A DNA stretch of 62,295 nt, counting the filler, from Squatina squatina (lineage: Eukaryota): the NCBI GenBank assembly GCA_031763465.1. It is 4 parts of 4 records of this genome, joined end to end, with 100 filler letters (N's around TTAATTAATTAA, not from the genome) between each part and the next. Parts side by side here need not be neighbours in the genome. Positions count along the whole stretch, not along the records: positions 1 to 19,105 come from JARFOE010000013.1; 3 more parts are not named here. The stretch is one strand, 5' to 3'. This document shows, piece after piece, positions 1 through 12,145 of the stretch (position 1 is the first letter of the stretch; the number at the start of each line of letters is the position of its first letter). A model generated the notes under the pieces. It did no database searches. It was given only the letters and a program-made list of their open reading frames with translations, and was not told the DNA's origin. Made by a program: the position numbers and the translations under genes.

Positions 1-170
1 TATTTAAGGCTGAGATAGATAGATTTTTAATCAGTAAGGGAATCAAGGGTTATGGGGAAAGGGCAGAAGAGTGGATTTGAGGATTGTCGGATCAGCCATG
101 ATCCAATTGAATGGCGGAGCAGGCTCGAAGGCCCGAATGGTCTGCTCCTGTTCCTATTTCTTATGGTTTT
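1..170 (+). mobile_element. CR1-type LINE 3' tail fragment
   Basis: TTTAAGGCTGAGATAGATAG...GATCAGCCATGATC...GAATGGCGGAGCAGGCTCGAAGGCCCGAATGG...CCTATTTCTTATG; related tails recur many times in the window. Confidence 0.8.
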
Positions 171-845
171 ATGGAGGGTGGTAGGTCATAATCAGCAGGA
201 GGTTTCCTTGCCTATTTTTGACCTGAAGATAACGAGACTTCATGGGGTCTGGAGTCAACCACCCACCCGACTGTATACCACTGTGCCCTCATCTCGGGTA
301 TTAGTTGTGCAGAATCCGTCAGAATGTCTGTAAGTTAATCATGAATGATGGTAACGGTCTTGGATAAGAAATATAGGCCTTGGGGTCAGACAATAATGAG
401 ACTGATGTTCTTAAAAGGAATATAGTTCGAGTTTTCTCTTCACAGCATTGATGATATCATACTAGGTGATGCTTTGCAGCATTCTGAGACTCCGTCTCGG
501 ACTGCTGTGACATGCTGCATTCTCTCATTTGCTGAATAGCTGTTAAGGGTGTTCTTTTTTGAGTTTCCATTCGCCACTTGTATCCTACAGTAAAGCCATT
601 GTCCTACACTTCAGATTAGATGTCAATCAGATGAATCTTTCATAGAATTCTCATTGGCTAAGGCTAAGTTTCTATAGTATAATTGTATGCTCCTAGTGCT
701 GGAAATCTAAAATCTCTTATTCACCAAAAAACATCCTTACCCACGACTTTGTGTTTGAGATTCCACTTCAATTATACCTCTGATAATATTCATCATCAAT
801 TCTAAATAGATTATTACTGGAAAGTTTAGACTTACTACCACATAC

Positions 846-1096
846 CTGCTCATTCAACTGTGCAATATGTGATTCTGCATCACCACCACTTTTTGCTCCT
901 GGTAGCTTTCTAGCTTGAGCTGAAGTTNNNNNNNNNNNNNNNNNNNNNNNNNNNNNNNNNNNNNNNNNNNNNNNNNNNNNNNNNNNNNNNNNNNNNNNNN
1001 NNNNNNNNNNNNNNNNNNNNNNNNNNNGAGCTGAAGTTGGCCTAGATGGTGTTGACGCTGATTTAGGAGATGGCGTGCTTTTTGGAGCAGCAGCAC
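846..1096 (-). CDS. MAPRE2: MAPRE2 (EB2) linker exon, split by a false 100-N gap
   Basis: Translates GAAAPKSTPSPKSASTPSRPTSAQARKLPGAKSGGDAESHIAQLNEQ, resembling the EB2 linker. AG acceptor at 1097-1098 and GTATG donor after 846. An 11-bp overlap across the gap gives a 140-bp exon. Confidence 0.85.
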
Positions 1097-1549
1097 CTAC
1101 CATTTGGGCACAAATTAAACCACCTGAACAACTTTTTAAATTATTGTAAATTCTGATACACAAGTCACACTTTAATGCAGGTTTTTATGGTCTACATGAT
1201 CTATGACCTACAAATCTGGAGTGCAATGTAAGCAATGCAGTTCTTATTTGACTTGATAGGGAATTAAAATCGTCTGCTGAATGTCTCATGTTAGAGAAGC
1301 AAAATTTTAAAACGATTTTTCTCAATTTGATCTCTCAAACCTGGATATTCTTGCAGATTAAGATATCCCATAGATTAATATTTTTATTGTAAGAAACAGA
1401 CTTAAAAGAAGCAACAAAACCTTTCATGGAGGGTGTTTTAGCACTACCTAGTCATGTGAGGAGGCTTTCTCTTCTTTTCAGAGGTTTACACCTAGTATAT
1501 TGGAAATCACTATTTATAAAGCACTATTTAAAAAGTTCATGGTTGAAAG

Positions 1550-1765
1550 AAAAAGACTTGCATTTATACAACACCTTTCATGGCCACCGGACATCTCAAA
1601 GCACTTTACAGCCAATTAAGTACTTTTGGAGTGCAGTCACTGTTGTAATGTGGGAAATGTGGCCAATTTGCACACAGCAAGCTTCCACAAACAGCAATGT
1701 GATAATAACCATATAATCTGTTTTTGTTCTGTTGATTGAGGGATAAATATTGGCCAGGACACCGG
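1550..1765 (-). mobile_element. SacSINE1/DeuSINE-like SINE, 3' half
   Basis: Reverse complement of GTGTCCTGGCCAATATTTATCCCTCAA...TTGCTGTGTGCAAATTGGC core, shared with copies at 35207, 51768 and 52875. Confidence 0.8.
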
Positions 1766-2181
1766 NNNNNNNNNNNNNNNNNNNNNNNNNNNNNNNNNNN
1801 NNNNNNNNNNNNNNNNNNNNNNNNNNNNNNNNNNNNNNNNNNNNNNNNNNNNNNNNNNNNNNNNNTCCACTTTAAATATTCTAAACACTCTGCATCAACA
1901 TGAACTAGGAAGTTTTTAAACAAGGGGTAATGCATTAGAATGTTATTGTATAAGGGTCATTTCATCCACTATAAAATAAATATTAAAGAAGCCAAACTTT
2001 GCTGCCACCATGTTATTTAAAGCACAATTAAAGGATTTCTTGCATTACAACGGTGACTACAATTCAACAAAGTATTTCATCAGCTGTAAAGCACTTTGGG
2101 ACATCCGTTGGCTGTGAAAGGCATTATATAAATGCAAGTTTGTCTTTTTAAAAAAAAGACATTATTATTAAGTGTTCTTAC

Positions 2182-2309
2182 CTGAGCAAAGCTGTTCGAT
2201 TTTTGTGTAGTTTAAACACACAGTGTCGTTAATCCAGGCCATGATGTCATGCCGGCTCATGTTCTCACTAGTTACCGATGTAGAATACACATTAACAGCC
2301 ATTCCCCAG
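2182..2309 (-). CDS. MAPRE2: MAPRE2 exon 2 (start of CH domain)
   Basis: 128-bp exon, TTTTTCAG acceptor and GTAAG donor. Translates (S)[42 protein letters not shown](G); the SWG before MAVNVYST is EB2-specific. Confidence 0.95.
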
Positions 2310-2952
2310 CTGAAAAATAAAAAAATACAAACTTAATAGCTTGTTTTAAACATATTCAGTCACTTGTTATCTACATTTAAAAAATGGTCTGTTTATTCAG
2401 CACTTGTCCCCTCCCACCTTAATGCATCCTCATTGAAGTAGGAGACAGGTACATTCTTACACAACTGCCAAAGCAACATCTTGCTGCGACACCAATAACA
2501 GACGACATGAGACATTGCATATAATGTTTAAAAAAAACCCCGTATCGACCTACAGTAGTTAAAAGCTGAAAATCCATCAAATTTAGATTTTAAAAAGGAG
2601 ATAGGTTATAACTATACTTTGTCACGCTGCCAGAAAACGGTTATTAATGAGAAGCATGAGAAAGGTTATTCAGCCCATTAAGTTTCCATATTTCAGAGCT
2701 TATGTGCAAATATCATTACCCACTTATTTATTCCTCAATGAAAATCAAACCAAACTCCAAAATATATATCCATCCTCACCTCTCAATTATTTAACAGTGG
2801 TTGATTTCTTTTCATGGAGGACATTTTCTTAGTTGCAGCAGCACAGTACCATNNNNNNNNNNNNNNNNNNNNNNNNNNNNNNNNNNNNNNNNNNNNNNNN
2901 NNNNNNNNNNNNNNNNNNNNNNNNNNNNNNNNNNNNNNNNNNNNNNNNNNNN

Positions 2953-3257
2953 TTGCACTCATTCGTGATATTCGTCGCCGTGGCAAAAACAAGGTGGCAG
3001 CTCAGAATTGCCGCAAGCGTAAACTAGAAAACATAATGGGTCTCGAACATGATCTGGATCAGCTTAAAGATGAGAAAGAGGAGCTCCTCCAAGAAAAGGG
3101 GGAGCATGCCAAAAGCCTTCACCAGATCAAACAGCAGCTGAACAATCTGTATCATGAGGTTTTTAGTATGTTACGAGATGAAGATGGANNNNNNNNNNGT
3201 GATGGCAGTGTATTCCTCGTTCCAAGGAGCAAGAAACTTGAGATAAAGAGAGAATGA
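2953..3257 (+). CDS. NFE2L2: NFE2L2 (Nrf2) C-terminal CNC-bZIP and Neh3 region, partial last exon
   Basis: [27 protein letters not shown]...[29 protein letters not shown]; [13 protein letters not shown] and VFLVP favour Nrf2 over Nrf1/Nrf3. TGA at 3255-3257. Confidence 0.9.
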
Positions 3258-3760
3258 AATTCCAAAGGCTTTGTTTTATTGGACCTTTTTTTTAAAAAAA
3301 AAAACTGAGGCTCGTGTGAAATGCAAGTTTGACTTTTGTTTTCATGTTACTGAGTCTCCTATGCAAAGGATCTAACTACAGCTATTTTTTACAGCTACTG
3401 GTGGCTTAGAGGTGAAACAGAAGTGATGGCTGCAAATAGACTGTAAAATGGCCTTCCTTTTCTCCAGTGCTTTCATTTTGATTATTTCTCTACTGCTTAT
3501 CACATCTTCTTTGCTATTAGTGTTCCTGTATAGTTTTGTAAATACTGCACATCTTATTTATATATGCAGATATATATCTCATTTGCTATTACATTGAAGG
3601 TCTTTCATAGAATTATAAAAATGTATTTTAGTAAGCTAATATTTCTTCTGTTGCAAGTACTTGTTTTATAAACTCTTACATTTCAAAAATAGATAAAAAT
3701 GGAAAAATTGAATGTATTATGATTTTTTTCATTTTCTTTGCTTTATATAGAAAAAAAATG

Positions 3761-3766
3761 AATAAA
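3761..3766 (+). promoter_or_regulatory. Candidate polyadenylation signal of NFE2L2
   Basis: AATAAA about 500 bp after the stop, ending an AT-rich 3'UTR-like stretch and followed by GT-rich sequence. Confidence 0.5.
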
Positions 3767-4089
3767 ATGTAATTGTTTATGCACTACAAGAGTGTTGACT
3801 TGTGTCATGAAAGTGTGGCCTTTGCAACTTCAGTATTTACACAACTAGGATCCAAAAATAGGTTCCACTTTGAATCTATTGGGTTAATTGCTGAAATGGT
3901 GCTCTCCTACATGTCACTTGCTTATCCTAGATAAACAGACTCTTTGAGCCCCTTCTATCGTCTGCCACATTGAGAATCCTGCATGATTCATTCTCTGTAC
4001 TGTTGTCTCTAGTTCTCCAGAGTTGTTTTTTGCTGATTCTTCGTCACTGATGAACAGCTTGCTCTCTCCGTGGAGGAGGAGAGGTTATC

Positions 4090-4272
4090 CTAGAATAGTT
4101 ACAGCACGAAAGACGACCATTCAGCCTGCTGAGCCTGTGCTGGCTCTGTGCACCTCAGCTAGTCCCACTCCCCTGCCCTTTCTTCATAGCTCTACAATTT
4201 TTTTCCTGTCAGGTACTTATCCAATTCCTGTTTGAAAGTCGTGATTGAGTCTGCCTCCACCACACTTTCAGT
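4090..4272 (-). mobile_element. CR1 LINE 3' tail fragment
   Basis: TACAGCAC...CCATTCAGCC...GGTACTTATCCAATTCC...GTGATTGAGTCTGCCTCCACC is the reverse complement of the tail at 52000-52246. Confidence 0.75.
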
Positions 4273-5995
4273 GCATAATGATCATATACAACAACTGGCG
4301 ATAAATTTGTTATTTATGCTTCCTGTGGAAACAAACTCAAAATATTATGCAAAAACATTCAACATACATTATAAAAACGTTCCTTCTCAAACAGGTAATA
4401 TTATACATAATTAAAGCCATCTTTGAGATATTTCCATTATATTGAATGGAACGAGCTGTGATTTAGGCTGAACACCTAGAAAATGGCCTGCACTGGCTAC
4501 AGAAAGTACTACACAATTAACCAATAATGTAAAGTTTGCAAAAAGCAGTAAAAAAAGTGCAACTGGAAGGAAGGTTCTTCATTGAAAATAGTCTTAATGT
4601 TTTGGCATAATTTCAAATCAGTTTCACATTTGTAAGTTGATGCTAAATTCACCATTGTTAACTCAACTGGGAAAAGATGGGGACCAATGAAGAGAGAATA
4701 TTTAGAAGAAATATTTGAATAAAGGTTTGTTAGTTATTTGATTAAAACGAGTTTCACACAACAGAATTGTTATTCAAATACCTTTTAGCATATTTAAGAA
4801 CAAAACTAAGTGAAACAATTTCACAGATTAAAAGCAGTCAACATTTTTTTTTTAAAAAAGCTATTGATACATATCAAAACAACATTTTCCCAAAGATTAA
4901 AAATTAAGATTACTTCCTTAAATGCATCAAATTAAAAAGAAAAACTGAATTAAGATCAAGTCAGCAGTGCATGCAAACAATGAAGACACAGGCCGAGCTG
5001 CAAATCCAGAAAAAAGGGCCTTTTCCATAAAGCAAACATCTGGCAGATAATATGCATTAATGAATAAAGCTAAACTACACAAATTTTTTTGAAAATGCAT
5101 TTCAGCAGAATATGCAATACTTGTACACAAATTCCCAAATACTGATATCAATAGTATACTTTAGCAAAACCAAATTTTTCTGAAAGCTGGAGAACAAAAT
5201 TATATCTAGCTACTAGATTATTAAAAAAGCAAAATTAAAACAGAAGTAAAAGCTCCCTCCACCCACATGAATATCTAAATTAATAAAAACCATCACACAC
5301 CAGTTCTGTTAGCACCGTTTCACATCCGTCTTTCTTAAAGGGTCAGTCTTAATATTTCTCCAAGCTAAATCTGGAATGTATTTCACATCTATTGCTCATT
5401 TCCCCAGATTTCCTCAACGGTTACAGAGGTCTAGCTTCTTTGTACAAGCCAGCTACAAGAGGAAATCTCACTGAATGCATGACATGGTGACCTCGACGGT
5501 CAGGCATTCCACCAATCAGATCCCAGAATTTTACAAGCTTCATCAATCTGGTTTGCTTAATAATACCACCAACTGCAGCTCAATCCTGAGGAATCCATTT
5601 TTTGAAATTCACTGGGGAGTGCTCTGTTCATCTGTTTACTAACTACATTTTATTTCAGAGAAATCTACTTAGTCTTTCCTTCAGTAACTGGAATGGTACA
5701 GTCCCACTTAGAAATAATTACTTCATCTTAATCAGAATTAACGGCACAGGAGGAAACTGGCAGAATCCGGGAGGGAGGAGGAATGGAGAGGGGAGAAAAA
5801 GCACAAGGGCATTCATAAACAAACGAGTTTCTCAGTGTTATTAATTTTCAATTATTCTGTACACCAATAGCAAGGCAAATTTTATTTCAAAAGGCAAAAA
5901 AAAACTATTAAACATATGCAGCTTTATTATGTAATCCATTGCATTTCCTAATTCTGCTGCAGTCTCCAGCCATATCTAAACATAGCACTGATTAC

Positions 5996-6117
5996 CTGTA
6001 AGAACGCTCCCCTCTCACTGTGTGCTTCCGAAATGGTATAATGGTGCCATTATCTTGAACGATGTCGTTATTATTCTCACCATTTGGGGAAAGTGCTTGT
6101 TGTGTGGGACCAGGCAT
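5996..6117 (-). CDS. MAPRE2: MAPRE2 exon 1 coding part (EB2 N-terminal extension)
   Basis: MPGPTQQALSPNGENNNDIVQDNGTIIPFRKHTVRGERSY(S), GTAATC donor, phase 2 matching exon 2. A further in-frame ATG lies at 6126. Confidence 0.93.
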
Positions 6118-6664
6118 TGGAGCCATCCCAGACTGCAAATTTCTCACTGCGTGCTGTATGGTAGGCTGTGAGCCTGTTTCTTCACAACAGGGCTCGGCNN
6201 NNNNNNNNAAAAAAATTCGGGTACGTTCGGCAGCATCCTCGTCATGTGACAGGATTTTACCATAGTAACCAGCTAACTCATCAGATCTCTACAAAACACG
6301 CAGGAATTTTGCATAGCCACGTCAATATATCAAAAGTGAAACAAGAAGCAAATGCAGGCACACTTCCATCTGTTGTATAATCCCCTCACGCCTAGACTTG
6401 CCCCCCTTAAAGCTACGTTTTCATTCAGACAATATCATTCACAGCCACGTAAAAGCTCCTGCTGCGAGCACAATGGATCATTCAACCTCGGTTTAATTTA
6501 AAGCACTGGCATCTTTCTGGTTGTCTTCAATAATAAAAGGCTTACTATCAAATTATATTCATTGNNNNNNNNNNNNNNNNNNNNNNNNNNNNNNNNNNNN
6601 NNNNNNNNNNNNNNNNNNNNNNNNNNNNNNNNNNNNNNNNNNNNNNNNNNNNNNNNNNNNNNNN

Positions 6665-7432
6665 TTAGAGATGAGGATCAGAAAAGGAGCCACATTACTG
6701 GGTGTTTACAAAAGACCCCAAACAGTGAGGAGATAGAGGAGCAAATCTGAGGGTGAATTTCAGAGAAATGTAAAAATAATAGAGCAGGAATGGTAGGGAA
6801 CTCAATTACCCAAATATAGACTGGGAAAAACAGTTTAAATGGCAGGGAGGTTGAAGAATTCCTAAAATGTGTACAGGATTATGTGTTCATAATCAGCATG
6901 TTTCTAGCCAGACAAGGAAGAAGCAGTGCTTGATCTAGTTCTGGGAAATGAAGTAGAGCAAGTGGAGTGTGTTTCAGTGGGAGAATACCTGGATACTAGT
7001 GATCATAAAGTAGTTCAAGAAAGGGCAAAGAAAAATCAAAGATGACAATACCCAACTGGAAGAGAGCCAATTGCAACGATTTGAGAGGGGATCTAGCACA
7101 AGTGGTCTGGAAACAAAGATTGGCCAAAAAACGGTAAATGAGCAATGGCCTTCAAGGCAGAGATAGATCAAGTATAAACCAAGCATATTTCCATCAGCAG
7201 GAAAGATAGAGCATCCAAAGCTGCAGCTCCCTGGATGACAAAGGAAATAGAGGTTAAAATAAAACACATAAAGGAGGTTTCGGACAAGTGTCGGGTACAT
7301 AATACAGTAGAAAACCAGACAGAATACAGAGTGCAGGGGAAAACTGAAAAAGGCAAAGAGAGAATATGAGAAGAGATTAGTGGGTAACATACAAGGGGAG
7401 CCAACGATCTTTTATAAACGTACAAAGTGCTA
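6665..7432 (+). mobile_element. Degenerate CR1 LINE ORF2 fragment (endonuclease and linker region)
   Basis: Frameshifted TLLGVYKRP, NYPNIDW, LDLVLGNE, VSVGEYLDTSDH and PWMTKEI motifs. Confidence 0.85.
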
Positions 7433-9267
7433 NNNNNNNNNNNNNNNNNNNNNNNNNNNNNNNNNNNNNNNNNNNNNNNNNNNNNNNNNNNNNNNNNNNN
7501 NNNNNNNNNNNNNNNNNNNNNNNNNNNNNNNNAGACTTTAAGTACATACAGTATATGTCTACATTAATGAACCTATGTAGCTGGGAAAAGTCAATCAAAA
7601 TAAATAAAAGATATAAGACTGTGCAACGAAACTAGACAATTTATCACTTCATGCACTAACAGGGTACAGATTGTTTCACAGTGAAGGCCACAGTCTTGTG
7701 CAGGTTAACTCTGAAACATGCCAAGCCTCTCTCTAACAACACTCTAAACCTTATCTGAAATCTTTCAACATTCACGTCTTTTTCTTTATACCTGTTTTAT
7801 ACATCCATTCTCTTTAGATAAACTATTAGACTTCAATCAATAATTATTAACATATTCCTCTTCGGATTTCAATTTGATTATATCAATTAAATCACACCAA
7901 TTTCTAATGTTATTTTACTGTCAAGATACCTACACCTTTCAAGGTAAATATTTGTATGGTTACCACATAAGAATTTTCAATCTTTTTAGCAATTTTTTAG
8001 TTATCAACAATACATATGTTGTGGGAGGTTTAGATTATTCAGCATGTCTCTGTCGTGTCATTATCAAACCTTTTTATTTAACTATACTGTAACTAGAAAG
8101 TAATTTATGGCAAACTTACAGGTACATATTTTATAGAAATCTTCCAAAACAGAATTATTTGTAAATTATAGGCAGGAATAATTATTACAAAAAAGATCAG
8201 TCCGTAGACCAATTCAGCTTTATGTAAGAATAGTTTCTGTGAGAACTCATATGGAGTTGAATCAGTTGTTTTGCACTGACCATTAATACTTTAAACTAAG
8301 TAGAACTTTGGAGGACTGTGTCTGCAACCATCAGCGTGTGTTACCTGTNNNNNNNNNNNNNNNNNNNNNNNNNNNNNNNNNNNNNNNNNNNNNNNNNNNN
8401 NNNNNNNNNNNNNNNNNNNNNNNNNNNNNNNNNNNNNNNNNNNNNNNNNNNNNNNNNNNNNNNNNNNNNNNNNNNNNNNNNNNNNNNNNNNNNNNNNNNN
8501 NNNNNNNNNNNNNNNNNNNNNNNNNNNNNNNNNNNNNNNNNNNNNNNNNNNNNNNNNNNNNNNNNNNNNNNNNNNNNNNNNNNNNNNNNNNNNNNNNNNN
8601 NNNNNNNNNNNNNNNNNNNNNNNNNNNNNNNNNNNNNNNNNNNNNNNNNNNNNNNNNTTACAAAAAATGAATTAAATGATCTAAGTTCAACTTTGTTACT
8701 GTATTTGTTTTTGGCACCTACGGTTCAAAATACGAGAACAGAATTAGCTATAAGTGCCCTTGACATAGTTCACAGTTCTTTTATTTTACAGATCTGTGCA
8801 TTTTATTAAAAATTGCTGAGAATTAGTAGTTTACGGGTAGTTATAATTTTGAATAAATACTCATATGTAGTGCCTTAATATCCGATTTTTAAGTGCATTT
8901 CACCAAAATAGTAGGTTTATCACAGTTGAAAAAATATGTAACTGTTTTGACAAAGTACTGCACAGTTCACCTAGAAACCAAACGTAAAGTGTATCAATAT
9001 TAGAATTATAAACAGAATATATTGATCACAAATGTAAAGAACTATCTTTTTTTAATATTAATACTGCCATCTCTTGAAATAGCAACACCAAACATGTTCA
9101 GCTTGGTGATAACTGCAGTTTTGTTCTCCTGAATTCTGTTCTCAGATGAGCCATATAAAGAAGATGCTGATAAACCCAGCTTTTAGGAAAAGAAATGTTT
9201 GTCAACACNNNNNNNNNNNNNNNNNNNNNNTGACTGTGCTATAGTCCGCACATTACTTATAAAATTC

Positions 9268-9414
9268 TTATTTTGTCATAAGACGCTTCATATGTTCATT
9301 CCATTCTTCAGTGAAGCCAGAAGTTAGACCTTCTTCATCATCTGTCCGTATACAGCTTTCATCATCGTCAGTTCTCACGTAACTCTCATCATCAGTTTGA
9401 CTGTAATTAGCCTG
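9268..9414 (-). CDS. DTNA: Putative additional terminal coding exon of DTNA (acidic Tyr repeats)
   Basis: CAGCAG tandem acceptor (starts 9414 or 9411), phase 0 compatible with the upstream exon. QANYSQTDDESYVRTDDDESCIRTDDEEGLTSGFTEEWNEHMKRLMTK* repeats motifs of the 10410-10542 exon. Confidence 0.6.
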   Translation of the reverse strand, partial: QANYSQTDDESYVRTDDDESCIRTDDEEGLTSGFTEEWNEHMKRLMTK

Positions 9415-10409
9415 CTGAGTGGACAAAATGGTTAAATTCAATATAGGGCAAGAATAAAACTGCACAGTCAGCTTCAAAAAACAATTCGAATTTTTGAAAC
9501 TGGAAAAAACTCAAATTAATATTTGAAAAATTTGCAAAAACAATAATTTAGACAAAAGTCCTAAATAGCAGCTCATTAATTATTTGGGGAAAAGCAATCA
9601 CAGCTTTCTGCTTTAAAAGGTCAGTACCATACTAAAAATAATACAATAAAAACAAAGCATTTGCATAACNNNNNNNNNNGTGACACTGCACAGGAGGTCT
9701 TATTGTGAATATGATTTAATTTTTGCATACAGGATAAACACAACTGCAATTCCTTCTTAAAGGCAGTGGGCTATAAATTTGTTACAGCCAAGAGAGGGCG
9801 AAATTGCCCCGCATCCTGATTGGGGGCAGTAACTTTCTGGGGCCGGGACTTTCTGCACCCGGCACAGAAGTTCCCCCCACCCCACCCCCGCCACTGAATT
9901 GGATTTATTGCCCCTCAAAGGAAGTGGAGCGCAATCTTGTGCGTTCCGCTTCCTTTGGGGACAATTCCTGGGGCACTACTNNNNNNNNNNNNNNNNNNNN
10001 NNNNNNNNNNNNNNNNNNNNNNNNNNNNNNNNNNNNNNNNNNNNNNNNNNNNNNNNNNNNNNNNNNNNNNNNNNNNNNNNGCAAACTACTCCAGAAAACC
10101 AAATAACACATGGAGCAAAATGTCATCCAAAATGCAAACCAGTAGCAGAAGCTTTCACCTGCCTTTAAGAATTCAACTTATGTAGGCCACATCACATGTG
10201 CCTATTTTTATGGGCGAGGTGTGCGCTGTGGGTGGCACCTTTCCCACAAACTTCAAATTTAGTTACCTTATTTTAATAATTATTCTGTTTAAACGAAGTC
10301 CTGCATACCAGTTGCACCACCTCATTTTCGTTCCCCAAATTGGCTGCCACAAAATGTGGCATGCAGCAGATCCAAAGCATCAATTATTGTACATATTGTC
10401 CTTTCTCAC

Positions 10410-10542
10410 CTGATAGCTGTCATCCTGCAGTTTTTGCTTCAGGTATTCCTCAAGCTTTAACTCATGTTCAAGTTGATGGACAGATTCATTTTCATAACTT
10501 TCATCATCAGTTCTGACATATGATTCACCATCATCTGTAACA
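10410..10542 (-). CDS. DTNA: DTNA alpha-dystrobrevin-1 tail exon containing tyrosine phosphorylation sites
   Basis: 133 bp, AG...GTGAG. VTDDGESYVRTDDESYENESVHQLEHELKLEEYLKQKLQDDSYQ matches mammalian ...YENDSVRQLENELQMEEYLKQKLQDEAYQ. Confidence 0.92.
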
Positions 10543-10847
10543 CTTACAAAGAAAAAACCCCATAAATACTAGCATCTTTGTCTCATTAATGGCCAAAAGA
10601 TTGGATAAGGCTCAAAAACGGGCAGTTTGCCTGCTATTTGCCTCTTCGAATGGTGCAGGCAACAAGCAAAATTCATGCTGCCTGCTCATTAACATGATTG
10701 GAGCACCAATCTCAGCGCTAAAGATGCTGCTGATTGGCTGAGTGCTCNNNNNNNNNNNNNNNNNNNNNNNNNNNNNNNNNNNNNNNNNNNNNNNNNNNNN
10801 NNNNNNNNNNNNNNNNNNNNNNNNNNNNNNNNNNNNNNNNNNNNNNN

Positions 10848-10999
10848 TCCTGTACATCTCCTCCAACGCCTGTCAGCGAGTCCTGAGGTGTATGGGTCGG
10901 AGTTGAGCAGGCAGAGGTTGATCTGATAGGCATTGGAATAGGAACAGACCGACTAATAGTGTGACTTGGTGAAGAACGAGGGGATCCTGCCCCCTGAGT
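10848..10999 (-). CDS. DTNA: DTNA exon (truncated by gap)
   Basis: TTTTCAG acceptor; [50 protein letters not shown] is near-identical to alpha-dystrobrevin. Confidence 0.95.
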
Positions 11000-11892
11000 C
11001 TGAAAACAATAAAAAAATATTGTTACTACATATATACCTATTGCACAGAAGACATCTTTTGGGTTACATTGTAAAATTATTTTTTGTATTAATTTAATGA
11101 GAAGCAGGACCATCCCTTCACCATGAGCATACAAGTTCACTAAATTGACCTTCCTTTATTATTTCAAATTGAGCTTCTTTACTAATAGAAAATGAGAACA
11201 ATGCATTTAGTTTACTCAGTGATGACCACTGCACTTTACCCCAGACCACTCAGCAGTCCAGAACAGGGTCATACGGCAGAAGTTAGTATAATAAAAAATC
11301 CACAATGGACAGTTCCAGTTCTCAATCTTTAAACACAAAGCTACCTTTTAAAAGCTGCTTTCTGCTTGAACCACAACAGTCCTTATACTGATGGTGTTCT
11401 CACAATGGTGTTAGGTAGGGATTTCTGAGATTATGATCCATTAGAAAAGAAGGATCATCGATATGTGCCGACGACAGGATGGTGAGTGATTTGGGTGGTG
11501 GGGGGGACTTGGAGGTGATGATGTTCCTATGATGTTGCTGCTGTTGTCCATTACAGTGGCCATAGTGCACCTGTACTGGACAAGGTGGATAACTAGTCCA
11601 ATGTCAAGGCTGCTGATTAAGTAGCCTGCTCTGCCCTAGATGATGTTGAGTTTTTGAGTGCTGTTGCAGGTGCACATACCAAGGCTGATAGTGGATATTT
11701 TATCACACTCCTGACTTAAGCTACATAGATGCTGGAGAGACTTTGAGGGGTCAAAGAGGAGTCAATTGTTGCAGAGTACCCAACTTCTGCCCNNNNNNNN
11801 NNNNNNNNNNNNNNNNNNNNNNNNNNNNNNNNNNNNNNNNNNNNNNNNNNNNNNNNNNNNNNNNNNNNNNNNNNNNNNNNNNNNNNNNNNNN

Positions 11893-12145
11893 CCTGCAAT
11901 TGCCCTTCCCAAAATACCTGTGTGAGGCCCTTCTTAAATCACTGAATTTAGCTCTTCCCCTGTTGAGCACTTTTGCCTTCGATATTTTTTGGTCTCTTTC
12001 CATAATTACTTTAAACCGAATTATGTTGTGCTCACTGTTAGCTAGATGATCTCCGACTGCATCATCCTCCACTTGCCCTACTTCAATTCCCAGAATCAGA
12101 TCTAACACTGTGTCCTTTCTTGTTGAACATGCAACATACTGATTA
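11893..12145 (-). mobile_element. CR1 ORF2 endonuclease-region fragment
   Basis: TRKDTVLDLILGIEVGQVEDDAVGDHLANSEHNIIRF motif. Confidence 0.8.

Noticed and set aside
6300-6460. CCACGT motifs upstream of MAPRE2 exon 1, including UPRE-like CCACGTCA
   Set aside because: Short motifs on a small contig separated from exon 1 by a gap; insufficient to call a regulatory element.
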